Shown here one piece after another: positions 45,221-54,331 of a DNA stretch of 55,558 nucleotides. The stretch covers positions 1 through 55,558 of the IMG/VR virus record IMGVR_UViG_3300048821_000030; one strand, written 5' to 3'. A program made the translations under genes and the position numbers. Positions within the stretch are counted from its first letter, which is position 1. Each line of letters starts with the position of its first letter. Below the pieces are notes generated by a model. The model did no database searches, had not been told where the DNA came from, and saw nothing but the letters and a program-made list of their open reading frames with translations. This stretch comes from a virus (lineage: Duplodnaviria > Caudoviricetes).

Positions 45221-45748
45221 TCAGATGATGATTGCCGCCGCACCCATCTTGTCATTTAGCGTCCCGGCAACCCACATATCACTTGTCCTGATGGCGTTCC
45301 ATTGTTCGACACCGAAATTGTCAGACCCACTAACTAAAATCTCTTGAAAAGCACTGCCTCCACCTACATTCGTAACAGTGCTGTCAGAGCCTTCCCAGAT
45401 GCTCCCTGAATTATTCGTGATGTTGTTCATCCTGAGAACAGCGCAAGCAATACTCAGAACGATCTGCGTCCCACTCGGCCAGTTCGATACCGGAGCATCG
45501 CCTTCAGATATGCAAGAGAGAACGTTGGTGCTGGTATTGACTGCATTGACCATCAAGCAGTTCGTCGGACTCGATCCACCAAAACCGAGAACGATGCGGT
45601 CGCCTATTTGGTACTGGGAGGCTTTCGCAACCGGCACGAAGTAGAATCCGTTCGGCTGCTTCAAGTTCTTGAAAGCCGCAGTCAGCTTGTCTCCGAAGAG
45701 AGGCTGTGCGGCTCCGGTGATAGTTTGTAGTCCCCAACTTCTGATCAT
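45221..45748 (-). CDS. Putative virion protein
   Basis: 175 aa, beta-rich, inside structural module. Confidence 0.5.
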   Translation of the reverse strand: MIRSWGLQTITGAAQPLFGDKLTAAFKNLKQPNGFYFVPVAKASQYQIGDRIVLGFGGSSPTNCLMVNAVNTSTNVLSCISEGDAPVSNWPSGTQIVLSIACAVLRMNNITNNSGSIWEGSDSTVTNVGGGSAFQEILVSGSDNFGVEQWNAIRTSDMWVAGTLNDKMGAAAIII

Positions 45749-45942
45749 GGCCGGTCCTTTTCATCCCACATTGCGTTCCCTGCCTTCGGAGAGAAGAACG
45801 AGCACTCTCCTCCACGTGGGTCTGGAATCAAATCGAACTCCGTTGACCTGGGGATGGCAGTTGATGGACTGATCTCCGATTCCGGCTGCACAAACCGCCT
45901 CTGCACCGTTGCCTGCATGTCTGTCGATTGATTCTTCTTCAT
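45745..45942 (-). CDS. Small hypothetical protein
   Basis: GGAGG SD, ATGA overlaps on both sides. Confidence 0.5.
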   Translation of the reverse strand: MKKNQSTDMQATVQRRFVQPESEISPSTAIPRSTEFDLIPDPRGGECSFFSPKAGNAMWDEKDRP

Positions 45943-46352
45943 CTGCGTACCTCCCCTACCGTTACACCGTGAGGCAAAACCTGTCCTGGCGGCGTTTGCC
46001 AATTCTCTCGCGGCATCCTCGGCTGGTCCCAGTTCGACCTGTTCTCATTCAAGACTACACTCGAACATCCGTGATCTTTCTCAAGCCGCTGAAGATGCTG
46101 CATACTCTCGACGTGAACCGGCTTCCCTGTGATCGTTGTCGTCACGAAATCAAATGCGCTCTTGGCTACGTTCGGCAATACTTGGCCACGGCCGTAGAAG
46201 CAGTCCGTACAGAGGAAGGCTTGTCTTTCAGCGGAATACACGAACCCGCCGCCGCTATATACGGTATGCTTCAAGCATCCTTCGTTAGCACAGTAGTTCT
46301 TCTTGTATGCCAAATTCAGTTCCTCGAAAATCATTATGCGCTGTAGGACCAA
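45939..46352 (-). CDS. Zinc-ribbon-containing hypothetical protein
   Basis: CANEGC...CTDC. Confidence 0.5.
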   Translation of the reverse strand: MVLQRIMIFEELNLAYKKNYCANEGCLKHTVYSGGGFVYSAERQAFLCTDCFYGRGQVLPNVAKSAFDFVTTTITGKPVHVESMQHLQRLEKDHGCSSVVLNENRSNWDQPRMPRENWQTPPGQVLPHGVTVGEVRR

Positions 46353-46372
46353 GCGGCTTCAATTGAAAACCG

Positions 46373-47356
46373 TTAGCGGTGCATCTGACCCCAAAGCGAG
46401 TTGTCGCCGCCTACATTCACTTCGTCGTTGTAATCCCACTGCACAGCTTGCTGTTCCAGACCCTCGTCGGCGTTCTCCATCTCAAGAAGGTCTTTCTCGA
46501 ATTGCTTCTCCTTGTTGGCCGCAACCGTAATCGCCGTCATTGGGTCGTAGTAAGTGTTCTGCTTGGGTCGATACTGAAGAGCATCCGCAATCGCCCCGGT
46601 CACCACAAGGTCTGACCTGATCCACGCCTGCGGTGAGTCGCTATCGAGAATCATGTTCGGCGGTTGTGTGTAAGCCTCAAATGGGAAGGTCTGAGCCGCA
46701 TACGGAGAAGGCCACACTTCGACCTGAAACTGTCCGTCTGGGGTCGGAGGCCGCGTAGCCATCGTTGTAGCCCAACCCATAGACGCTCGCCATTGGTCAC
46801 GAGCTTCAAGTACCTGGACAGGGACACCAATCTCTAAGGGCCAACCGAACAAGGCGTTTGACGCCCATTTCAGCCTCTTAACATTTGCCCCGAAACTTAT
46901 GTAAACCTCTAAAATGTAATACGCGCCACTGAAGCTCGGTCCTGGGTATGGAGTGTCTAGCGTCAACTGCTGCAACCCTGGATTGACGAAGACGATGGTT
47001 TGGTAAGGCTGTGTGAACGTCTGCCGGAACTGAAGCCCAACAAGAGCAGGAGTCCATGCGGTCCCGATCCCCTGAACGATGTTGCTGTTGTAGGTGACCG
47101 TGCAGGTTCCCGTGGTCTGGATGTTGGGGACATTCGCTACGCCGCGTACCTTGGTCGCATACCACGATCTGCGGTCGATGATCTGCCGCATCCGGTTATT
47201 CACCATGCGGCCAGCTACTTCGGAGTCTACGTTCGAATTCCAGTTCGTGACTTCACGAAGCATGGTGCCAAAATTTGACTGCACCGAAAACGCTTGGCTG
47301 TACGGGCTACTTCCGACTTGGAAGGGAAATAACGGCGATGTCAGGACTACAGGCAT
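46373..47356 (-). CDS. Putative head-tail adaptor protein
   Basis: FGTM..EV, N...R.I..R..W, EVWP.P, LVVTGA.ADA; follows capsid genes. Confidence 0.6.
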   Translation of the reverse strand: MPVVLTSPLFPFQVGSSPYSQAFSVQSNFGTMLREVTNWNSNVDSEVAGRMVNNRMRQIIDRRSWYATKVRGVANVPNIQTTGTCTVTYNSNIVQGIGTAWTPALVGLQFRQTFTQPYQTIVFVNPGLQQLTLDTPYPGPSFSGAYYILEVYISFGANVKRLKWASNALFGWPLEIGVPVQVLEARDQWRASMGWATTMATRPPTPDGQFQVEVWPSPYAAQTFPFEAYTQPPNMILDSDSPQAWIRSDLVVTGAIADALQYRPKQNTYYDPMTAITVAANKEKQFEKDLLEMENADEGLEQQAVQWDYNDEVNVGGDNSLWGQMHR

Positions 47357-47364
47357 CTAGGCTC

Positions 47365-47592
47365 CTAGCGCCCGCTGGAGCGAGCCTTCTTCTTGCGCCA
47401 TGTTTGATCTGCGACCTTGCCGCGAGGAAGGGTCTTACCGGGCGCTCCACTGTCATACCGCTTATTGTTGGCCCTTACCGTCTCGTTGTAGTTTGTATTG
47501 CGAGGACCGTCTTTCTCAATCTGATGGAGTTCTGTACCAAACGGCTTCAAGGCTCTCATCTTCGGACTCGCGCTGATTGTTTGGGTCGCCAT
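47365..47592 (-). CDS. Small basic protein
   Basis: 75 aa, Lys/Arg-rich C-terminus. Confidence 0.55.
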   Translation of the reverse strand: MATQTISASPKMRALKPFGTELHQIEKDGPRNTNYNETVRANNKRYDSGAPGKTLPRGKVADQTWRKKKARSSGR

Positions 47593-47594
47593 GA

Positions 47595-47702
47595 CTACGA
47601 CCGTCCCTTCTTCATCCCACGCATCATCTTTCCGGTTGGCTTCTTCTCGCCCCGCATGATCTTCGAACCGCGTGAACCCTTATTCTCGCTGCAACGCTTC
47701 AT
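47595..47702 (-). CDS. 35-aa basic peptide
   Basis: MKRCSENKGSRGSKIMRGEKKPTGKMMRGMKKGRS; GAGGAG SD. Confidence 0.55.
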   Translation of the reverse strand: MKRCSENKGSRGSKIMRGEKKPTGKMMRGMKKGRS

Positions 47703-47704
47703 GG

Positions 47705-47887
47705 TTAGCTCCTCGCTTTCATTCTCTTCTTCGAACGGACCTTCCCGCCCTTCCGCAAACTGGCAAGGTTGGTGATCGGGCTAAGCACTCTTAGCCATGT
47801 CGGGACTCAACCACCACTCTTTTTTCCCTGCTTGCCTTGTGGTGATTTCATCCTATCGTTGTCGCTCCAATTGCCGCTGTCTGCCAT
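47705..47887 (-). pseudogene. Basic KGG peptide gene with in-frame TGA at 47807-47809
   Basis: MADSGNW...KKSGG*VPTWLRVLSPITNLASLRKGGKVRSKKRMKARS; GAGG SD. Confidence 0.5.
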
Positions 47888-47889
47888 GA

Positions 47890-48039
47890 CTACCTCGATT
47901 CCTTGCCGCGCTTCTTGTTTGTCAAAGTCATTCCCGACCGCTTCATCAACCGCTCTACAGGCTTACGCTTGTTCGCCGGTATAACCCTTTCATTCTCATG
48001 GGCGACAATCAACACCGGCTTGTTCTTTCTCGTCGCCAT
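47890..48039 (-). CDS. 49-aa basic peptide
   Basis: MATRKNKPVLIVAHENERVIPANKRK...; TAATG coupling. Confidence 0.55.
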   Translation of the reverse strand: MATRKNKPVLIVAHENERVIPANKRKPVERLMKRSGMTLTNKKRGKESR

Positions 48040-48263
48040 TACTTCCTCGGCTTTACTCTTGACTTCCGTGCCTTGACACGCCCACCCTTTTTGAAACTTA
48101 CGGGCGTGATCCTGTCACTGGCAGACCTATCCATGAGGCTACTTCCTTCTGAACTCAGAGTCCGTCCAGCCGCCTTCAAACCTTCTTTCCACTTTCGATC
48201 TTGTTTTGAAGCAGGGCTTGTACTTGCATTGCCTGGATTTACTCCATCGCCGCCATCAGGCAT
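48039..48263 (-). CDS. Small basic protein with FKKGGRVK motif
   Basis: 74 aa, GAGGAG SD. Confidence 0.6.
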   Translation of the reverse strand: MPDGGDGVNPGNASTSPASKQDRKWKEGLKAAGRTLSSEGSSLMDRSASDRITPVSFKKGGRVKARKSRVKPRK

Positions 48264-48277
48264 ATCGTGCTCCTCTC

Positions 48278-48313
48278 AAAACGAAAGGGGCAGGGCCTAA
48301 ACCCCGCCCCTTC
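48278..48313 (-). terminator. Rho-independent terminator after capsid/decoration genes
   Basis: GAAGGGGCGGGG/CCCTGCCCCTTT stem followed by CGTTTT. Confidence 0.7.
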
Positions 48314-48335
48314 GGTTAATCGCCCATAGAGGGCC

Positions 48336-48692
48336 TTACAGACCGGCAACTAGCAGATCAAACGAGTAACTGGCAAGGTTGGTCCCAGGACCGATTTCTC
48401 CCAATGGAGCGTTGGCGCCAGAATCCTGAAAAATCTGCAACTTCTGAGTCGCGGTATTCCACTGGGGGAAGTAAGCCGAACTTGGCTCAGGTCCGACAGT
48501 TCCTCCAACCGGAACGACAAACAACACCTTGGTCAAACCAACGTCGCCTCCGGTAAGAGGATTCCCACCGATTCCCTCGATGAGATACCCGCCCGAAGCA
48601 TAGTCGGAGATCCCAGGTTGCAGGGTGACAAGCTCCCCCCTCAGATTTCCAAGAGAGAGATCGCCGTCCGGGTTCTTCGTGATTGTTGCCAT
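48336..48692 (-). CDS. Putative capsid-associated protein
   Basis: DYASGGY, KLQIF, EI..GTNL pattern. Confidence 0.6.
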   Translation of the reverse strand: MATITKNPDGDLSLGNLRGELVTLQPGISDYASGGYLIEGIGGNPLTGGDVGLTKVLFVVPVGGTVGPEPSSAYFPQWNTATQKLQIFQDSGANAPLGEIGPGTNLASYSFDLLVAGL

Positions 48693-48704
48693 GAACGGCC
48701 TCCC

Positions 48705-49361
48705 TTAGATGATGTCGCAGCCAACGAGCACGTCGACCAAGCCGGCTGTGAGAGCCGACAAAACCGATGCCTGTCTGCCGAACGGTTGATAGGTTGCCGA
48801 GCTTCCGGCCGCGATTGAGTTCATGCTGAGAGTTCCTGCAACCGGAACTAGCCATGAGCCAATTCCAGCGGCAGACGAACCAGAGCAATACGCCTGCGAC
48901 AAGAAGCCGGCGACTTGGATCATGATGTAGGAACCGACAAGTTGCGCCGCCGTCAAAGACGTGAGCGAAGTCGTGTTCAACATCATGAATCCGGCCGGGA
49001 AATTCAACCCGAGGGTCGTCCCTCCCAATGCCTCAGTCGTGATTCCGGTGACTGTCGTGTAGGTTTCGTCCGTCCAGTAGACCGGAGCCGGAGCCGCAGC
49101 GGTCGTCAGGTTCCCCGTGGTGATTGCCGAAGTCGACAAATACTGGACGAGCATGAAGATTGCCGGAGAACCGCTTGGATTCGCCTGCAAACTCGTAGCG
49201 CCAGTGGTTGTACTGGTTACGCCGAAATACCTCTGACCGAGCACTTGGTTCTCGCCCAATCCCTTCCACGGAGCAAATGCGGTCGTGGGGTTGTAGAGAT
49301 AGGTACGAGTTAAGCCTGTGTCGATCTGAAGAAGTTGATTGCTTACACCGAAAATTGCCAT
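48705..49361 (-). CDS. Putative capsid decoration/cement protein
   Basis: Immediately after MCP; Thr/Ala/Gly-rich; IQVAG. Confidence 0.55.
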   Translation of the reverse strand: MAIFGVSNQLLQIDTGLTRTYLYNPTTAFAPWKGLGENQVLGQRYFGVTSTTTGATSLQANPSGSPAIFMLVQYLSTSAITTGNLTTAAAPAPVYWTDETYTTVTGITTEALGGTTLGLNFPAGFMMLNTTSLTSLTAAQLVGSYIMIQVAGFLSQAYCSGSSAAGIGSWLVPVAGTLSMNSIAAGSSATYQPFGRQASVLSALTAGLVDVLVGCDII

Positions 49362-49376
49362 GTCATTCTCCTTTTC

Positions 49377-50357
49377 TCACAGGCCGCTAAAGTTCAGATT
49401 AAACATGAGCCTTGGCGCATCGAACACCAAGTCGCCGTCATAGAAATACTGGCCGGCCACGTCGTCAGTGTTCTGCGCTTCCTTCCACCCCGAGAACCCG
49501 AAAGCGTACTTCGGAATCGTCGACACGTAGAAGAAGATGTAGTTGGTGTTGAAGCCGTACATCTGGTAGGCACCGCCCAGCGTACTCAGGTACTGGTCGA
49601 CAACCACCTGGCCTCCATTCCAGAAGAACGAGCGGAATCCAACGTGAACGTCGGAGGTCTCGTCATTGAACCGCTGTTGCGGCTGGAGCTTGTTCCACAT
49701 AGCATCCCACACCGGCTGTGTGGTCGTAATCATGTCGACCTTCTCCTGGCCGAACCATGACGCACCGTAAGCCGTCTGCACAGCGCCCAGCGAGAATGCC
49801 GATGGAGCCAAGTAGTAAGCGTTGATGCCAGTGTTAGCCGCCGATGCGATGTCGGTTCTGGTGACACCGCCATACGTCGGATAGTTGGCCGGGATATTGA
49901 TGGCCGCTGCCGCGCCGTCCAGATCGGTCGTAGAGTTCAACGAAGTCGAACCGTCTAGGCCGCCGTCTCCGTACAGGTTAATCGCAAGCAACTGCGCCAT
50001 CGTACCGGAAGCGTTAATCATCTTCGAGCCGATGAAACTCAAAGCGCCTTCGGGACCACGGTTCAAAACCTGATCGGACCCATACAATGTGACGTTTACA
50101 TAATATTGCTTCACATTGAAATAGAGCGCCGTGTCGGTCTGCACTGCGGATATGTCGAAGGCTTGGCCGCGCTGGTAGGAGCCGCCCTTGAGGGGCGCGT
50201 ACATGATGTTGTGGCGGATCGTTAGACCGCCCTCGAACTGGAAGCGTCTTTTGTTCTTGAGCCGAGTCAGGACCGGCGAGTTCTTGAACACGGAGTCCAC
50301 GATTCTCGGTACGATCTTGTCAACGGTTTTGCTCGTGAGGTCATTATAAGTGAGCAC
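49377..50357 (-). CDS. Major capsid protein
   Basis: 326 aa after portal and scaffold; IVD.VF...P.L..L, GG..I, LYGDG, YGG..R, VVDQY patterns. Confidence 0.85.
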   Translation of the reverse strand: MLTYNDLTSKTVDKIVPRIVDSVFKNSPVLTRLKNKRRFQFEGGLTIRHNIMYAPLKGGSYQRGQAFDISAVQTDTALYFNVKQYYVNVTLYGSDQVLNRGPEGALSFIGSKMINASGTMAQLLAINLYGDGGLDGSTSLNSTTDLDGAAAAINIPANYPTYGGVTRTDIASAANTGINAYYLAPSAFSLGAVQTAYGASWFGQEKVDMITTTQPVWDAMWNKLQPQQRFNDETSDVHVGFRSFFWNGGQVVVDQYLSTLGGAYQMYGFNTNYIFFYVSTIPKYAFGFSGWKEAQNTDDVAGQYFYDGDLVFDAPRLMFNLNFSGL

Positions 50358-50539
50358 GTTAAAGCCTCGATTCCGCCCATTCGGGCCTGAGATGCTGACA
50401 ACTCGGCTTTCGCCGCTTCATCGTTCAACAGGCTCTGCTAACGCTTCCTGTTGACTCATCCCTGCCAATCCCGAGTGGGTTCTGCACGAGGCTTCCCGCT
50501 TACAGATTGCAGTTGCGGTTTTGAAAGAACCGCAAAACT

Positions 50540-51466
50540 CTAAACCTTGCCGGCCTGGATCAATTCCTTTGCTCCCTCGACAACTCCTGCTTGTACGAGA
50601 TCGCGTACATCAACCGGACCCTTGTCGCTGCCTGCGCTGTCATCCAACGCCTTTTGCAAAAGTCCCTTGGCATCACCGCCAAACTGTTGCGGAATGAAAC
50701 GCTCCCCGCCGCCCGCCGGCATTCCACGATCCGCAAGCCGCTTGTTGACTTCAGCTTCGATGTCGGCCTCACGCTGCTTCTTGGCCTTCACTGGCTCCAT
50801 CAGTTTGTCTTCGAGAGCGTAAGGGTCAAACTTGTTCTCCTTACTCATCATCTCGAAAAACTCTTTCTGCTTGTCCGGCGTCCACTTCTCCCCGGATTCC
50901 TTCTCGTATCGTAGCGCCACAACTCCATTGGCTGCGGCAAATCCAGCTACAAACGGGATGGTCTCCGAGTTGAACTTCGCTTCACGGGCCGTGAATCCAT
51001 CCTCTACGGCCTTCTTCGTCTCGGCTGCGTAGAGTGCGGTTGCTTCTTCCCGCGTCAAACCGCCAGCTTGCTTGGCGATCTCCTGAACTTTCTTCGTAAC
51101 CAGTTCGTCCAACTGCTTCGGGTCCATGTCTCCTCCAAGAGCTTTTGCCGCTTCAATCTGCCGTTCGAGTTCTGCCTTCTGGTCAGTCCAAAGGACTTTC
51201 CCTTCAGAATCGAGAACGCCTGCCTCTTCCAGAGCATGAAGTCTGTCGTAGGCTTCCTGCGACCAAGGCTCCATCTTTGCCTTGTACGCCACGGCTTCCT
51301 CGTACACAGTCTCTTTCGACTTCAACTCGTTCTGCTTGCGGCTGTAGTCGTCTTGGCGAAGCCACCCGCCTTTTAGTTCGGGTTCCTTTGCAAAAAGGTT
51401 GTCAATGAGCGTCTTCTCTTGGGCACTGAGCGCAGAGTAAATCCCTTCAAAGGTCTTGACTGCCAT
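50540..51466 (-). CDS. Putative capsid scaffolding protein
   Basis: Acidic and helical; LRQDDYSRK motif; directly upstream of MCP. Confidence 0.7.
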   Translation of the reverse strand: MAVKTFEGIYSALSAQEKTLIDNLFAKEPELKGGWLRQDDYSRKQNELKSKETVYEEAVAYKAKMEPWSQEAYDRLHALEEAGVLDSEGKVLWTDQKAELERQIEAAKALGGDMDPKQLDELVTKKVQEIAKQAGGLTREEATALYAAETKKAVEDGFTAREAKFNSETIPFVAGFAAANGVVALRYEKESGEKWTPDKQKEFFEMMSKENKFDPYALEDKLMEPVKAKKQREADIEAEVNKRLADRGMPAGGGERFIPQQFGGDAKGLLQKALDDSAGSDKGPVDVRDLVQAGVVEGAKELIQAGKV

Positions 51467-51532
51467 CTCCCTTGTCCTTCCTCGCTTCCCTCATCGGGCT
51501 CCGTCGAGGCTACGGGCTGCGGGTGTTAATGA

Positions 51533-51886
51533 TTATCCGGGCATCTGCCCCGGCATCGGAGGTAACTGAGGTTGCGGTGGGGGTGCGCCTGCTCCAGCCG
51601 CCGGAGGAGGACCTGCCATTCCCCCTGGCTGAGATTGAGGCCCCTTTTGCTGCGCCATTGCCGCTCCGGTCTTCAAGATGGCGATGGCTCTTGTTGCATA
51701 GGTGCGGAACGTGTCGTCGTTCACACCCATTGCAATTTTCTCGATTGTCGAAACAGCCAAATCGATTTGGTTCTTGCCCACTTGCTCTTGAGCTTGCCCA
51801 ATTGCTGAACCGAACCCGCTGCCGCCTGGAGGCCCCATTTGGGCCTGGGCTTGTGGTGACATCGGCGGTCTGTCGATTGGAGGCAT
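51533..51886 (-). CDS. Pro/Gln/Gly-rich protein
   Basis: 117 aa, coupled to upstream ORF. Confidence 0.6.
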   Translation of the reverse strand: MPPIDRPPMSPQAQAQMGPPGGSGFGSAIGQAQEQVGKNQIDLAVSTIEKIAMGVNDDTFRTYATRAIAILKTGAAMAQQKGPQSQPGGMAGPPPAAGAGAPPPQPQLPPMPGQMPG

Positions 51887-52086
51887 CAGAATTCCGAGTT
51901 CCCAACCTGCGTTTTGCCGGTCTTCACGTTGACACTCGTGCCACGCGGTTCAACCGTGGTCATATCGCCTTCGTCAATGAAGGTTCCAACGGCTGCGAAC
52001 TCGCCCTTCTTCATCTTCGGCGCCGAAGTCGCATCATAGTGACCGCCTACTGCAATGGGTGCGGCCATGCCCTTTCCATCTTTCAT
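51886..52086 (-). CDS. Small hypothetical protein
   Basis: 66 aa, GAGG SD. Confidence 0.55.
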   Translation of the reverse strand: MKDGKGMAAPIAVGGHYDATSAPKMKKGEFAAVGTFIDEGDMTTVEPRGTSVNVKTGKTQVGNSEF

Positions 52087-52175
52087 GTGATTCCTCGTCG
52101 GATGGTTTGCTTGAGTTAAGGGGAGAGCTTTTGGCCCTCCCCCACTTGCTGCCGGTCAAAACCGGCTAGCTCCGA

Positions 52176-52229
52176 TTAGCGCCGTACGTGCTTGACACGG
52201 GCCTTCTTGCCACGCTTGGTCTCGAACAT
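52176..52229 (-). CDS. 17-aa basic micropeptide MFETKRGKKARVKHVRR
   Basis: Strong AAAGGAG SD 6 nt before ATG. Confidence 0.5.
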   Translation of the reverse strand: MFETKRGKKARVKHVRR

Positions 52230-52424
52230 GGGATGCTCCTTTCCGGGTAGTTCGCCCTGGGTTTTATTTCGCCGGTGTTCTGGTTGCGGCCTCTCACCGC
52301 TGTACTGCTGGCGATCCCCGGAATGGATACCGGAGGTCTAATGCAGCAAGTAGTTAACTTGCCTCATTGAGCAAATGATTAAACAATTGTCCGAATGATT
52401 TCAAGCGAAATCGTAAAGAGAAAA

Positions 52425-54287
52425 TTATTTATGGTGTGCCGCTCCCGGCTTTATGCCAGCAGCAGCCGCCGCAAGCGCCATCTGCTTTGCCTCTTCCGCA
52501 AGCTCTTCATCGTTCTCTTTCTGGTCTATATTCCAATCTGGAACAGCGATGGCAAAAAACTTCTTGCGGCTCAAATCTCGATTCTTTCTCAGTCCGGCCG
52601 CAATCGAAATACGGTCCTGGCGCTGGAATCCGAACAACGATCCCTGCTCGCATTCAAAGCCGAACTTACGGACGTGCGATTCAGAGTTCACACCTTCAGG
52701 TATCAAACTTCCCGGCCTATCGTCGATGTCCTCTTTCGTTAGTCCATCCATACCGAGAGTTTCAACGCGCCTTGCAGCGTCATAGAACTGTAGTGCTGTT
52801 CCGGTCCACAATTCTCCAACTTCATTCACGCCCGTCTCAACGTTTGCGGCTTTGAACCTGATTGGTGTTGTCTTCGAGAACTGAATCTTTTCGAGTGTGT
52901 CTCCACCTGGAACCTGCTTCTTCCCGAGAGCTTGATTAACAGCATCGGTCCCTGAGTTCTCCTTGATCGTCCTTCTGAGCATCTCAAGCACTGGCAGTGG
53001 GTAGTTTCCAATATTTGGAGGAGCCTGCCACGTCGGACCTGTAATGGCATTCGAGTTGAAAGAGATTTTCAGGTTTGGCTTGTTGGCGTCTATAGCCTTC
53101 AATGCGTCTGGGTGAATAGCCGATTTTGGAGCCATCAAAGCCGGTGCTAGTGCTCTCTTCACAGCCAACAACAATCCCGACATAATCTGGTTCATGATGT
53201 CGTTTGTGTCCATCCACGGCTTCAATACACTCAAAGCGTACTGCTGCCACGGGACCGAGTGAAGACCCATCAAAACGAATGGCCTCTTGCGGTGGTAGTA
53301 GGGGTTGGGCTCATCGTATAGGGTCACTTTGTTCGAACGAATCACAAGCCTCCCACGAGGATAGAGCTTCTCTTCTGGTTTAACCCAGTATCCCCACGGT
53401 GCGCTGTTTGGGCTCTTTCCATCCCCAGGCCCCATCCATAATGTGTTGCGGCTTTCATTGATCGAATCGTCGTTCATCCAGAACTCGACTACTTCTGCCT
53501 CTGGATACTTGCTTCTCGCGCTCGACGCCTCAGACCCTCCCATAATACGTTTCCAGCCGGAATTCAACTGCTCAAACAATTGCGGCATGACCGTTGGAGG
53601 AACCTGTGGCTCAACACCGTAGGTGCTGTAATCTTCCTGCGGACGAACGTGCTTGCCCATATTCGGATAGGCTCTCTTGATCCAGTCGAGCGTCTCCCGG
53701 CGCCGGTAGATCACCATCTCGTCTTCTTGAAGATCATGAGGTCTTGTAGGCCCAAGCCGCATCAGGGCCTTGGGGTTCAAATGCTTCATGGAGATGTCGG
53801 CGTCACACGCATCCCCGCTCGTCCCTCTGGCAAACCGATTCCAGTAGAGGAGGACCGGCGAAGTCGTGAACATTCCGAACATTGTCCAGAACGCAAGCGT
53901 TTGATTGAATTTGTCCCTGCGAGCCCAACCCTTGACCATCGCATTCAGAATCTTTGCGGTCTTCGAATAATCACCAGCAAACCCAACTTCCGAGATATGG
54001 AAGATCGGCCTTACATCGGTGAGCAGTCCTATCGTCTCCCAAAAATTCGAGAGAACCTCGTTCGACACCGGCTTTGGCCTGTAATTGGGGAGTTTCTCGC
54101 GCCATTGGATTCCGGCCAGATAATCGATAGCCTCATCCATTGCCTTCAGTTCTGGAGTGGTCTTTTGGCGCGCAATTCCCTCGCTGAAACAGCCGTCAAG
54201 GAAATCGGCCATCTTGGAATAATATTCCAACAGATAGCGGTCTTCTACTTCAGGAGTCTTAGGAATGGGAGCTTGAAAGTCTGCCAT
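52425..54287 (-). CDS. Portal protein (P22-like)
   Basis: 620 aa; YL.G.QW, L.D.RP, LYD..NPY....PF, Q/M-rich helices; upstream of scaffold and MCP. Confidence 0.8.
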   Translation of the reverse strand: MADFQAPIPKTPEVEDRYLLEYYSKMADFLDGCFSEGIARQKTTPELKAMDEAIDYLAGIQWREKLPNYRPKPVSNEVLSNFWETIGLLTDVRPIFHISEVGFAGDYSKTAKILNAMVKGWARRDKFNQTLAFWTMFGMFTTSPVLLYWNRFARGTSGDACDADISMKHLNPKALMRLGPTRPHDLQEDEMVIYRRRETLDWIKRAYPNMGKHVRPQEDYSTYGVEPQVPPTVMPQLFEQLNSGWKRIMGGSEASSARSKYPEAEVVEFWMNDDSINESRNTLWMGPGDGKSPNSAPWGYWVKPEEKLYPRGRLVIRSNKVTLYDEPNPYYHRKRPFVLMGLHSVPWQQYALSVLKPWMDTNDIMNQIMSGLLLAVKRALAPALMAPKSAIHPDALKAIDANKPNLKISFNSNAITGPTWQAPPNIGNYPLPVLEMLRRTIKENSGTDAVNQALGKKQVPGGDTLEKIQFSKTTPIRFKAANVETGVNEVGELWTGTALQFYDAARRVETLGMDGLTKEDIDDRPGSLIPEGVNSESHVRKFGFECEQGSLFGFQRQDRISIAAGLRKNRDLSRKKFFAIAVPDWNIDQKENDEELAEEAKQMALAAAAAGIKPGAAHHK

Positions 54288-54331
54288 GTCGTTTTAATCG
54301 TATCTCTCAACAGTTCAGTTTGCTACGAAAA

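Noticed and set aside
47267-47279. GCCAAAATTTGAC as another palindrome copy
   Set aside because: Three mismatches, within chance expectation.
41016-47809. Genome-wide stop-codon reassignment suggested by in-frame TAG (41016) and TGA (47807)
   Set aside because: Many intact genes end at TAG or TGA with tight coupling to the next gene, and long genes are uninterrupted in code 11.
47780-47809. Selenocysteine codon with SECIS-like hairpin
   Set aside because: The context is a disordered basic peptide with no redox motif, and no Sec machinery is in the window.
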